Below are positions 9,559 to 19,006 of a DNA stretch of 64,000 nucleotides, in pieces; positions within the stretch are counted from its first letter, which is position 1, and each line of letters opens with the position of its first letter. The notes beneath the pieces are model-generated. The model was not told where the DNA came from and searched no databases. It worked only from the letters and a program-made list of their open reading frames with translations. The translations under genes were made by a program, and so were the position numbers. The DNA comes from Alphaproteobacteria bacterium (GTDB lineage: Bacteria; Pseudomonadota; Alphaproteobacteria; Caulobacterales; Aquidulcibacteraceae), in contig JAWXBS010000136.1 in the NCBI GenBank assembly GCA_034440275.1, positions 8,152-72,151 on the forward strand, read 5' to 3'.

Positions 9559-10176
9559 ATGTCCAACTACACACGCGCGCTGCTTGTAAGCGCGTCATTG
9601 CTTCTCGCGGTCGGCTGCGCGGGAACCAGTGACGGCAGAAACTCCAATGTTAGGAACACAAGCGCGACCAATACCAGCACCCCGGCCACGCAACCGACCT
9701 ACGAACAAAGCGAGATCGTCGACGCGGCAGCCGATTTCTTCGGCATCACGGCAGACGCCGCAGGTCAGGCCATCGAGCGCGTGTTCCGCGAAAACGGTCG
9801 CCCGACGGGCTATATCCGCGGCGAAGAAATTTCCGGTGCCATCGGCGTGGGTCTGCGCATCGGCGAAGGCGACCTGCGCCTGAAGAACGGCCAGGTGCGC
9901 AAGGTCTTCTGGCAGGGTCCGTCCATCGGCTTTGACACCGGCGCAAACGCCTCGAAGGTCTTCACGCTCGTGTACGGCCTCTCCGACAGCGACCAGATCT
10001 ACCAGCGCTTTCCTGGCGTTAGCGGCAGCGCCTATCTCGTCGGCGGCGTCGGTGTGAGCTATGCGCGCGCCAATGACATCACTCTCGCGCCCATGCGCTC
10101 CGGTGTCGGCCTCCGTCTCGGTGCGAATGTCGGCTACCAGTCCTACTCGCGCGAACGCCAGGCCTTGCCCTTCTAG
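9559..10176 (+). CDS. DUF1134-like lipoprotein, paralogue 2
   Basis: 205 aa with a lipobox LLLAVGC. The C-terminal 150 aa align with 8860..9489 (FRENGRPTGYIRGEE..., [23 protein letters not shown], ...ALPF). Confidence 0.65.
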   Translation: MSNYTRALLVSASLLLAVGCAGTSDGRNSNVRNTSATNTSTPATQPTYEQSEIVDAAADFFGITADAAGQAIERVFRENGRPTGYIRGEEISGAIGVGLRIGEGDLRLKNGQVRKVFWQGPSIGFDTGANASKVFTLVYGLSDSDQIYQRFPGVSGSAYLVGGVGVSYARANDITLAPMRSGVGLRLGANVGYQSYSRERQALPF

Positions 10177-10209
10177 AACCCGGCAAAGTTCTGGACTTTC
10201 ATCTCATCA

Positions 10210-10241
10210 GGATCGAGACGCGAAAGCGCCTCGATCCTTTT
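10210..10241 (+). terminator. Rho-independent terminator after DUF1134 paralogue 2
   Basis: GGATCGAG-acgcgaaagcgc-CTCGATCC followed by TTTT. The loop can extend the stem through a GAAA tetraloop. Confidence 0.6.
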
Positions 10242-10320
10242 GCGTTGAGAAAACTGGGCGGGAACAGCCTTTCACGTTGGACCGCTCCCGCCTGCGACGC
10301 TGGACGAGGGGGAAGGGAGT

Positions 10321-11361
10321 TCAGCGCCGCGTAGAAATCTGGTCGAACACGCCGCCTTCGGCGAAGTGCGTGCGTTGTGCATCCGCCCAACCGCCGAACG
10401 TATCGTCGATGGTGACGAGCGGAATGGATGGATACTTCTGTGCGTAGCGCGCGAGGATCGCAGCGTTGCGCGGCCGGAAGTGATGCTTGGCGGCCAGGTC
10501 CTGCGCGAAGTCCGCGTACAATAGTCGCAGATAGCTTTCCGCGATCGACCGCGTGCCTGCGCGATCGACGTTCTTGTCGACCACCGCCACCGTCGGCTCC
10601 GCGAGAATGCTCACGGACGGAATGATGATGTCGACTTCGTTCGGCCCGAGTTCGGCGCGCGCGAGGTGCGCCTCGTTTTCCCACGCCAGCAGCACATCGC
10701 CGATGCGGCGCTGCACGAACGTCGTCGTGGAGCCCCGCGCGCCCGTATCGAGCACCGGCACGTTGGCGAACAGTTTCTGCACGAAGGCTTTCGCGGTGTC
10801 AGGCGAACCACCCGGCTGGCGCAGCGCCCACGCCCATGCAGCAAGATAGTTCCAGCGTGCGCCGCCCGACGTCTTCGGGTTGGGCGTGATGACCTGTACG
10901 CCGTTGCGCACGAGATCGCCCCAGTCCCGAATGCGCCAGGGATTGCCCTTGCGCACGAGGAACACGATCGTCGACGTGTACGGCGCGCTGTTGTTGGGCA
11001 AACGTGTCTGCCAGTTGCGTGCGAGCAAACCCCGCGCCGCAATCTGGTCGATGTCGTGGGCGAGCGCGAGTGTCACGACGTCAGCGGCAAGCCCGTCGAT
11101 CATGGAGCGCGCCTGCTTGCCCGATCCGCCGTGCGACTGGCTGATCGTCACCTTGCGATCCGCCCCGACCTTGGCCCACTCGGCCTGGAAGAGCGTGTTG
11201 AATGCGGCGTAGAACTCGCGCGTGGGATCGAAGGACACGTTCAGCAGCTTTGCACCGCCGTCACCGCCGCCGCATCCCGAAAGCGCCAACCCCGCAGCGC
11301 CGGCCGCGAGGCTGGAAAGCGCGGTCCGACGCGTCATGTGCGATTTCATGTGTGCTCCCAC
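10321..11361 (-). CDS. sbp: Sulfate/thiosulfate ABC transporter substrate-binding protein
   Basis: 346-aa ORF with a signal or lipoprotein N-terminus (ALSGCGG). [12 protein letters not shown]...[27 protein letters not shown] is typical of Sbp/CysP. No cysTWA genes are adjacent. Confidence 0.85.
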   Translation of the reverse strand: MGAHMKSHMTRRTALSSLAAGAAGLALSGCGGGDGGAKLLNVSFDPTREFYAAFNTLFQAEWAKVGADRKVTISQSHGGSGKQARSMIDGLAADVVTLALAHDIDQIAARGLLARNWQTRLPNNSAPYTSTIVFLVRKGNPWRIRDWGDLVRNGVQVITPNPKTSGGARWNYLAAWAWALRQPGGSPDTAKAFVQKLFANVPVLDTGARGSTTTFVQRRIGDVLLAWENEAHLARAELGPNEVDIIIPSVSILAEPTVAVVDKNVDRAGTRSIAESYLRLLYADFAQDLAAKHHFRPRNAAILARYAQKYPSIPLVTIDDTFGGWADAQRTHFAEGGVFDQISTRR

Positions 11362-11505
11362 GCAACGCCCAGAAACTGGCGCCCTGCCGTGTCCAAATCC
11401 TGTCGCTTAATCCTCACCAGAAACATCGGGATTATATGATGCGTCGGTTAAGCCCGACTTGAACCGCCGCCGAGCGACGATTTGGGCGATTTGACACCGC
11501 AATGT

Positions 11506-11532
11506 TATCTTGTAACGTTACGCTATCTTGTA
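11506..11532. promoter_or_regulatory. Direct repeat TATCTTGTA x2 (18-bp register) flanking the palindrome TAACGTTA; operator candidate
   Basis: Read directly at 11506..11514 and 11524..11532. It lies 18-44 nt upstream of the TonB-receptor start. A TTGACA hexamer sits at 11491..11496. Confidence 0.35.
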
Positions 11533-11549
11533 TGGCGATCGGAGCAGGC

Positions 11550-13598
11550 ATGTCGGCGCGCTGGATGATGATGATCGGAATGGTGGCGGCGAGCCCGGCG
11601 GCGGCGCTGGCGCAGCAGCTCCGCGCGGCGTCGGAAGAGGAAATCGTGGTCACCGCCCCGCTGGAAGGCTCGCGCATCGAAAGCCTGCAGGGCGTTGAGG
11701 TCCTCAACCGCGACGCCATCGTCGACACCATGGTGGGCGGCCTCGGCGAGACGGTCGCGCAGATCCCGGGCGTCGCCAGCACCTTCTACGGCGCCGGCGC
11801 CAGCCGCCCCATCATCCGCGGCCTCGGCGACGACCGCGTGCGCATCCTGCAGAACGGCATCGGCGCCATCGACGCGTCCTCCGCCTCCCCTGACCACGCC
11901 GTCACCGCAGACGGCCTCGACGCCGAACGCATCGAAGTGCTGCGCGGCGCAGCGGCGCTCGCCTATGGCGGCAACGCGGTGGGCGGCGTGATCAACGTCA
12001 TCGACGGTTCGATCCCGCGCACGTCGCCGGAGAACGGCTACCGCGTCGACGGACTGCTTGCGTACACCACTGGCGATCAGGGATTGCAGGGCGAGGTGTC
12101 GGGCAATTTCGCCGCCGGTGCGCTCGTGTTTCGCCTGGGTGTGGGCCACCGCGAAACGGAAAACTACGAGATTCCCGGCTTCACGCGCTCCGCCGCGCGA
12201 CGCGCTGCCGATCCGCTGCCGCCGGGCGAAACCGAAATCAGCGGCGAAGCGCCGAACTCCTTCACGCAACTCGACACCTACACCGGTGGCGTGTCGCTCG
12301 TGCGCGACTGGGGCTTTGCCGGCCTCGCCGTAAAGCGCTTCGAATCCGAATACGGCCTGCCGCCGGAAGACGCGGGCTCGCCCCTAGGCGGCAAGATCCA
12401 ACTCGAACAGACGCGCATCGAATCGCGCGGCGATTTCCGTGTGGCGCTCGGGCCGTTCGATCGCATCGACTACGGCCTGCAGTGGTCGGACTACACGCAC
12501 CAGGAAGTGGAAGACACGGGCGATGTCGCCACCACGTTCACGAACGAGGGCTACGAACTGCGCCTCGAGACGCACCACAACGGATTCGGCGACAAGCTCG
12601 ACGGCGCCGTCGGCATCCAGGGTTCGAGCACAGACTTCGCCGCCGTTGGCGACGAAGCATTCCTCACCGCCACCACGACCCGCGATCTCGGCGCCTTCGT
12701 CGTGGAGCGCTGGGATACCGGCGTGTGGGGCGTGGAAGGCGGTGCGCGCCTGGAACAGCGCAAGCTCGACAACGTGCTCGCCGGCGAATTCGACTTCACC
12801 GCCACCAGTGTTTCGGCCGGCGTCTTCATGCGTCCCGCGACGAACTGGTTCCTCGGCGCGACGCTTGCCCGCACGGAACGCGCGCCGACCGCCGTCGAAC
12901 TCTTCGCCGACGGCCCGCACATCGCCACAGAAGCCTACGAACTGGGCGGCACGACGCTCGACAAGGAAACCGCGACGACCATCGAGGCCTCCCTGCGCTA
13001 TGCGACGGCGCGCGCACGCTTCGAACTCAACCTCTATCGCGCCGACTACGCCGACTACATCGCGCTGGTCGACAGCGGCCTCGTCTTCGTGGAATCGACC
13101 GAGACCTTCGAGGACCCTGCCCTCGTCGCGCCCGGCGAAGGGACCCTGCCGCTCTTCACCTATGTCGCGCGCGACGCGGTGTTTACCGGCGGCGAAATAT
13201 CGGCCGGCGCCGATCTCTACACGCACGGCGACTTCACGCTCAGCGGCGACGCCGCGCTCGATCTGGTGCGCGCGGAATTCGACGGCGGCGGCAATCTCCC
13301 GCGCATCCCTCCGCGCACGCTGACGGTGGGGCTTGATGCAGACTGGCGTGCATTCGGCGCGCGCGTGGAAGCCGTTGATGTGGCGGAACAGGATCGCATC
13401 GCCGCTTTTGAATCTTCAACCGGCGGCTACACGCTCTACAACGCGCGTGTGACGTGGAAGGTGAGCGACGATGTCCGATTCGTGATCGACGGCCGCAACC
13501 TCACCGACGAGGAAGCCCGCGAACATGTGAGCTTTCTCAAGGACGTGCTGCCGCGTCCGGGGCGCAGCGTGAGGTTTGCAGTGAAAGCGGCGTTCTAA
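11550..13598 (+). CDS. TonB-dependent outer-membrane receptor
   Basis: 682 aa counted from MSARWMMMIGMVAASPAAALAQQ, with GGAG 5 nt upstream. It has plug-domain motifs (IVVTA...IEVLRGAAALAYGGNAVGGVINVI) and a C-terminal ...RFAVKAAF. The track ORF start at 11502 is probably too far upstream. Confidence 0.9.
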   Translation: MSARWMMMIGMVAASPAAALAQQLRAASEEEIVVTAPLEGSRIESLQGVEVLNRDAIVDTMVGGLGETVAQIPGVASTFYGAGASRPIIRGLGDDRVRILQNGIGAIDASSASPDHAVTADGLDAERIEVLRGAAALAYGGNAVGGVINVIDGSIPRTSPENGYRVDGLLAYTTGDQGLQGEVSGNFAAGALVFRLGVGHRETENYEIPGFTRSAARRAADPLPPGETEISGEAPNSFTQLDTYTGGVSLVRDWGFAGLAVKRFESEYGLPPEDAGSPLGGKIQLEQTRIESRGDFRVALGPFDRIDYGLQWSDYTHQEVEDTGDVATTFTNEGYELRLETHHNGFGDKLDGAVGIQGSSTDFAAVGDEAFLTATTTRDLGAFVVERWDTGVWGVEGGARLEQRKLDNVLAGEFDFTATSVSAGVFMRPATNWFLGATLARTERAPTAVELFADGPHIATEAYELGGTTLDKETATTIEASLRYATARARFELNLYRADYADYIALVDSGLVFVESTETFEDPALVAPGEGTLPLFTYVARDAVFTGGEISAGADLYTHGDFTLSGDAALDLVRAEFDGGGNLPRIPPRTLTVGLDADWRAFGARVEAVDVAEQDRIAAFESSTGGYTLYNARVTWKVSDDVRFVIDGRNLTDEEAREHVSFLKDVLPRPGRSVRFAVKAAF

Positions 13599-13745
13599 CC
13601 CTCTCCCGCTGGCGGGAGAGGGACAGATCGCGAAACGGTCAGGGTGAGGGCGCAGTGGTGCAGAACGAGTCTCGTCTTGTGAGACCGGGCCCTCACCCTG
13701 CTTTCGCTGCACTCAAGCCGTCCCTCCCCCGCTAACGGGGGAGGG
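13599..13745. repeat. Cluster of three REP-like hairpins between the convergent TonB-receptor and adhC genes
   Basis: Three hairpins: CCCTCTCCCGC-tg-GCGGGAGAGGG (13599..13622); CAGGGTGAGGGC...GCCCTCACCCTG (13640..13700), which carries a nested small hairpin; and CCCTCCCCCG-ctaa-CGGGGGAGGG (13722..13745). Confidence 0.75.
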
Positions 13746-13754
13746 CACTCGACC

Positions 13755-14867
<1,113 letters not shown>

Positions 14868-14925
14868 GGCGGTGATCCTTCCGAAATCGAGGACCGCTTT
14901 TCAACCGCGGCGCCCGCGCAATCAA

Positions 14926-14949
14926 CCCTCCCCCGCGAACGGGAGAGGG
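14926..14949. repeat. REP-like hairpin CCCTCCCCC-gcgaac-GGGAGAGGG (one mismatch)
   Basis: Read directly. It lies between adhC and the GST gene and belongs to the same motif family as 13599..13745. Confidence 0.6.
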
Positions 14950-14961
14950 TGGACGCGATGG

Positions 14962-15564
14962 CTACATCAACCCTTCGGCCTTCATCGCTTCCTGCACCTT
15001 CGGCCGCGCGCCGACGCGCTGCATGTAGGCGGCGATGTTGGGCCACTGCTTCAGGTCGATCTGGTGGTAGTTGGCCCAATTGATGACCGGGAACGCGTAG
15101 GCGTCGACCGCCGTGAATTGATCGCCCGCCATGTACTGCTGATTGGCGAGCGTCCCGTTGATCTCGTCAAAGCGCTTGCCGAGCCTTGTCTTGGCGGCGG
15201 CCTTCGTCTCCGCCGGCGCGGAGGGATCCCACAGCGGACCGAAGCCCTTGTGCAGTTCCGTCGCCACGAACGTGAGCGCCGACTTCATCTTTGTGCGACC
15301 GAGGCGATCCTTCGGCATGAGGCCGCTCTCGGGATTCTCGTCGGCGATATACTGGATGAGCACGTTGGCTTCGGTCAGGCGCGTGCCGTCGTCGAGCTCG
15401 AGCAGCGGCACGTAGCCGCGCGGATTGATGGCGTAGTAGTCGTCGCCGTTCTCGTTCTTGTGCGCGCGCAGGTCGACCTTCACGAGATCAAGCTTCACGC
15501 CCGATTCCGTGGCCGCGATGTGCGGCGCCATCGCGCACGATCCGGGTGAATAATAGAGCTTCAT
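14962..15564 (-). CDS. Glutathione S-transferase (beta class, GstA-like)
   Basis: 200 aa counted from MKLYYSPGSCAMAPHIAATESG..., with a GGAGGAG RBS upstream. It closely follows the E. coli GstA pattern (MKLFYKPGACSLASHI..., NGDDY.A.NP.G.VP.L). Confidence 0.88.
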   Translation of the reverse strand: MKLYYSPGSCAMAPHIAATESGVKLDLVKVDLRAHKNENGDDYYAINPRGYVPLLELDDGTRLTEANVLIQYIADENPESGLMPKDRLGRTKMKSALTFVATELHKGFGPLWDPSAPAETKAAAKTRLGKRFDEINGTLANQQYMAGDQFTAVDAYAFPVINWANYHQIDLKQWPNIAAYMQRVGARPKVQEAMKAEGLM

Positions 15565-15678
15565 GGGACGTCTCCTCCGCGCCTGTCGCGTACATCGCGA
15601 CTTAGGTCTCGCAGCACGCAGCTTCAAGCAACGGAGGTACCAATGACGGAAATGGACTGTTCCCCAAAAGACGCGAGT

Positions 15679-16956
15679 CTATTTGGCGTCTTCGTCCACG
15701 TCCTCGCGCTCGATCCGCATCGCGGCGATCGCGTTGCGGTTGCGGCGCAGAATTTCAAAGCGGTAGCCGTGATAGGTGAAGACCTGCCCCGGATCGGGAA
15801 TGGTCTGGCTTTCGTGGATCACGAGGCCCGCCACCGTGACGGCTTCGTCATCGGGCAGGTCCCAGTCCATCGCACGGTTGAGGTCGCGGATCGGCACTGT
15901 GCCATCGACGTTCACACTGCCGTCGGGCTGCGGGCGCACGCCAGTGAACGGCACGTCGTGCTCGTCCTTGATGTCGCCGACGATCTCTTCGATGATGTCT
16001 TCCAGCGTCACGAGGCCTTCCAGCGCGCCGAATTCGTCCACCACAATGGCGAAATGCTCGCGGCGCTTCAGAAACTCCGCGAGCTGGTCTTCCGCCCACG
16101 TGGTCTCGGGCACGAACCATACAGGTCGCAGCACCTCGTCGATGACGAGACCGTCGCGTCCCTTTTCGGAGATCGCGCGCAGAAGATCGCGCGCGTGCAG
16201 AACGCCGACGATGTTCTCCGGATTGTCGCGCCAGACCGGCAGACGCGTGTGCGAACTCGCCATCGCCTGCGCGAGGATTTCGCGCGCCGGCAGCGCCGCG
16301 TCGATGGTCTTCATCGACTTGCGGTGCACCATGACGTCCTCGACGGTGAGATCGCCGAGCGCAAATGCACCCTTCAAGCGATCGCGCACGTCGCTGTCGA
16401 CGGCGCCCTCTTCCGCATGAAGCTCCACGGTGCCGAGAATTTCTTCCCGCGCCGCAAGGACATCGATGCCCTCGGCGACTTTCACCCCCATCAGGCTCAG
16501 CGCCTGGCGTACGATCCACTGCACGCCCGTCACGATGGGCGAGAGGCCATGCACCATCCACGTCACCGGCGTCGACACGATGCGCGCGAGCTGGTCGGCG
16601 CTGGTGATCGCCCAGGTCTTGGGCAGCACCTCGCCGAAGATCAGCAGCAAGGGCGTCAGCACGAGCGTGGAAATCAACGGTCCGTACTCGGGGTACATGG
16701 CCGTGAAGATCGTCGCGGCGATGGCGGAGGCCGCGATCGTCACGAAGTTCGCGCCGAGCAGGATCGCGCCGATCATGCGCTCGCGGTTTTCCATGAGCGC
16801 GACGACGCGCTTGGCGGCCTTGTCGCCGTCCTTTTCGAGGCTGAGCATGCGCGCCCGCGACGCCGCCGTCAGCGCCGTCTCCGCCATGGAGAAAAACGCA
16901 TTGAGCAGGATGAGCACGGCGATGACCGTCGCCGCAATCGGGATCGCGGATAGCAT
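15679..16956 (-). CDS. HlyC/CorC (CNNM) family transporter: DUF21 membrane domain + CBS pair + CorC_HlyC domain
   Basis: 425 aa. It has an N-terminal 4-TM DUF21 pattern (FFSMAETALTA), a CBS region and a C-terminal transporter-associated domain. Confidence 0.88.
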   Translation of the reverse strand: MLSAIPIAATVIAVLILLNAFFSMAETALTAASRARMLSLEKDGDKAAKRVVALMENRERMIGAILLGANFVTIAASAIAATIFTAMYPEYGPLISTLVLTPLLLIFGEVLPKTWAITSADQLARIVSTPVTWMVHGLSPIVTGVQWIVRQALSLMGVKVAEGIDVLAAREEILGTVELHAEEGAVDSDVRDRLKGAFALGDLTVEDVMVHRKSMKTIDAALPAREILAQAMASSHTRLPVWRDNPENIVGVLHARDLLRAISEKGRDGLVIDEVLRPVWFVPETTWAEDQLAEFLKRREHFAIVVDEFGALEGLVTLEDIIEEIVGDIKDEHDVPFTGVRPQPDGSVNVDGTVPIRDLNRAMDWDLPDDEAVTVAGLVIHESQTIPDPGQVFTYHGYRFEILRRNRNAIAAMRIEREDVDEDAK

Positions 16957-16965
16957 TTTCTGTTC

Positions 16966-18084
16966 CTAGAGGCGTTCGCGCAGGAAAGCATGCACGTGTT
17001 CGGGGGCGACGTCGCGCGCGACGAAAGCCTCTCCGATGCCGCGTGCGAGAATGAAGGTCAGCGCGCCGCCTTCATTCTTCTTGTCGTGCATCATCGCGTC
17101 GACGAGGCGTTCGGCCGTGAACGGCGCGCCCGGCAGACGTGAAAGTTCCGTCTCGAAGCCGGTTGCGCGCAGGTGCGCGGTGACACGCTCCGCGACCGCC
17201 GTATCGCACAGACCGAGCTGCGCCGAAAAGCCGAAGGCGAGGCCCAGTCCGCAACCCACCGCTTCACCGTGCAGGATCGAACCGTCCATGCCCGATTCCA
17301 CTTCGATCGCGTGTGCAAACGTGTGGCCGAGATTGAGCAGCGCCCGCACGCCGCCTTCGCGTTCGTCCGCCGCGACGATCTTCGCCTTTGCATCGACAGC
17401 GATCTCGATGGCGTGTGCGGTGGCAAACACGCCGGCGTCGCCGCCCGCAATGACACGCGCGCCCTCGCGTTCGCACCAGTCGAAGAAGGGCGCATCGTTG
17501 ATCAGGCCGATCTTCACGATCTCCGCATAGCCCGCGCGTCGCTCACGTTCGGGCAGCGTCGCCAGCACGTCCTGATCGGCGAGCACCAGACGCGGCTGAT
17601 GGAAAAGGCCGACGAGGTTCTTGCCCGCCGCTGCGTTGATCGCCGTCTTGCCGCCGACGGAACTGTCCACCTGTGCGAGCAGCGTGGTCGGGATCTGCAC
17701 GAAGTCGAGGCCGCGTTTGAGAAGCCCTGCCGTAAGCCCCGCTAGATCGCCGATCACGCCGCCGCCGAAGGCGATGACGAGATCGCGGCGTTCAAGGCCA
17801 AGGGTCAGCAATCGATCCGACAGCAATTCGAGGCCGAGAAAGCTCTTTTGCCCTTCCCCGGCTGGGAGAACGATCGCGTGCGCGTCAATGCCACCCTGCT
17901 TCAAGCCTTCCAGCAACGCCGGCAGATGCAGGGCCGCCACCGTCTCGTCGACGACGACTGCCGCCTTTCGCCCCGGCGCAAACGGCGCGACGCGCACGCC
18001 AGCGTCCGCGAGCAGACCGCTGCCGATCACCACGTCATAGCTGCGCGCATCGAGCGCGACGCGCACCTTTCGTTCGCTGGTCAT
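16966..18084 (-). CDS. aroB: 3-dehydroquinate synthase
   Basis: 372 aa counted from MTSERKV, containing GGGVIGDLAG...IPTTLLAQVDSSVGGKTAIN and LNLGHTFAHA. The start overlaps the aroK stop (ATGA). The 606-aa track ORF is a read-through. Confidence 0.93.
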   Translation of the reverse strand: MTSERKVRVALDARSYDVVIGSGLLADAGVRVAPFAPGRKAAVVVDETVAALHLPALLEGLKQGGIDAHAIVLPAGEGQKSFLGLELLSDRLLTLGLERRDLVIAFGGGVIGDLAGLTAGLLKRGLDFVQIPTTLLAQVDSSVGGKTAINAAAGKNLVGLFHQPRLVLADQDVLATLPERERRAGYAEIVKIGLINDAPFFDWCEREGARVIAGGDAGVFATAHAIEIAVDAKAKIVAADEREGGVRALLNLGHTFAHAIEVESGMDGSILHGEAVGCGLGLAFGFSAQLGLCDTAVAERVTAHLRATGFETELSRLPGAPFTAERLVDAMMHDKKNEGGALTFILARGIGEAFVARDVAPEHVHAFLRERL

Positions 18085-18680
18085 GGCGCTGCGCCTGCAA
18101 CTGCAGCACGCGCCGCCAGCGCGCGGATCACGGCAGTCACCGCCGACGCGTGCGGACCGTTGTTGGAATCGACCACGAGGTCTGCTTCTCCGTAGATGGG
18201 ATAGCGCTCCGCCATGAGGCGTTCCATGGTGGCGCGGGGATCGCCCTGCTTGAGCAGCGGGCGGTTGTCGCGCTTCTCGACGCGCCGCATCAGCACGTCG
18301 AGGTCGGCGCGCAGCCACACCGAAGTCGCATGCGCCAGCACCAGTGCGCGCGTCTCGTCGTTCATGAAGGCGCCGCCGCCGGTGGCGAGCACCTGCGGCG
18401 GGCCGTGCAGGAGACGTGCGATCACGCGACGCTCGCCGCGCCGGAACTCTTCTTCCCCGTGCATCGCGAAGATTTCGGCGATCTTCAGACCCGCGGCTTT
18501 CTCGATTTCCTCGTCGGCGTCGACGAACGGCAGGCGCAACAACGCTGCGAGGCGACGCCCCACGGTGGTCTTGCCCGCGCCCATCAGGCCCACGAGCACG
18601 ATCGGGCGGTCCACCACGAGGGCGGACGCGACGCTGTGGATATCCCCGAGGGGTTCCGCCGTCCCGCCGCCGCCTGTCAC
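18081..18680 (-). CDS. aroK: Shikimate kinase
   Basis: 199 aa with a Walker A motif GLMGAGKTTVGR, and FVDADEEIE...I.EIF...GE..FR..E. Confidence 0.9.
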   Translation of the reverse strand: MTGGGGTAEPLGDIHSVASALVVDRPIVLVGLMGAGKTTVGRRLAALLRLPFVDADEEIEKAAGLKIAEIFAMHGEEEFRRGERRVIARLLHGPPQVLATGGGAFMNDETRALVLAHATSVWLRADLDVLMRRVEKRDNRPLLKQGDPRATMERLMAERYPIYGEADLVVDSNNGPHASAVTAVIRALAARAAVAGAAP

Positions 18681-18859
18681 GTTCTACTCCTGTTCTTTCC
18701 AGACCCATCGTCCGGCCCAACCTGCGCAAATGAGAGGCGCGGCTGGAAACTCGCCGCATTTTGCGGTCAATCTCGCTGCATCGCAACGTCGCCAGATTCG
18801 CGACGCGTTAAGCATGAGGAAGCGGGCACGTGAGACGACGCAGGCGCAGGGGGCCGGGC

Positions 18860-19006
18860 ATGAGCCCGCGCACCGGCATGATCCTCCTCGGCGTGGCCGG
18901 GATCGCGGTGGTTTTCGGCTTCGTCTATCTGATGAACGTGGCCGACAACGTCGATCCGCAGCGCAGCGAAAAGCGCATCGAGCTGCCTGATGCGTTCAAG
19001 AGCTAG
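18860..19006 (+). CDS. Possible 48-aa single-pass membrane peptide
   Basis: In-frame ATG..TAG read by hand: MSPRTGMILLGVAGIAVVFGFVYLMNVADNVDPQRSEKRIELPDAFKS. It is below the track's ORF size cutoff. Its 3' end overlaps the next ORF by 17 nt. Confidence 0.35.
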   Translation: MSPRTGMILLGVAGIAVVFGFVYLMNVADNVDPQRSEKRIELPDAFKS

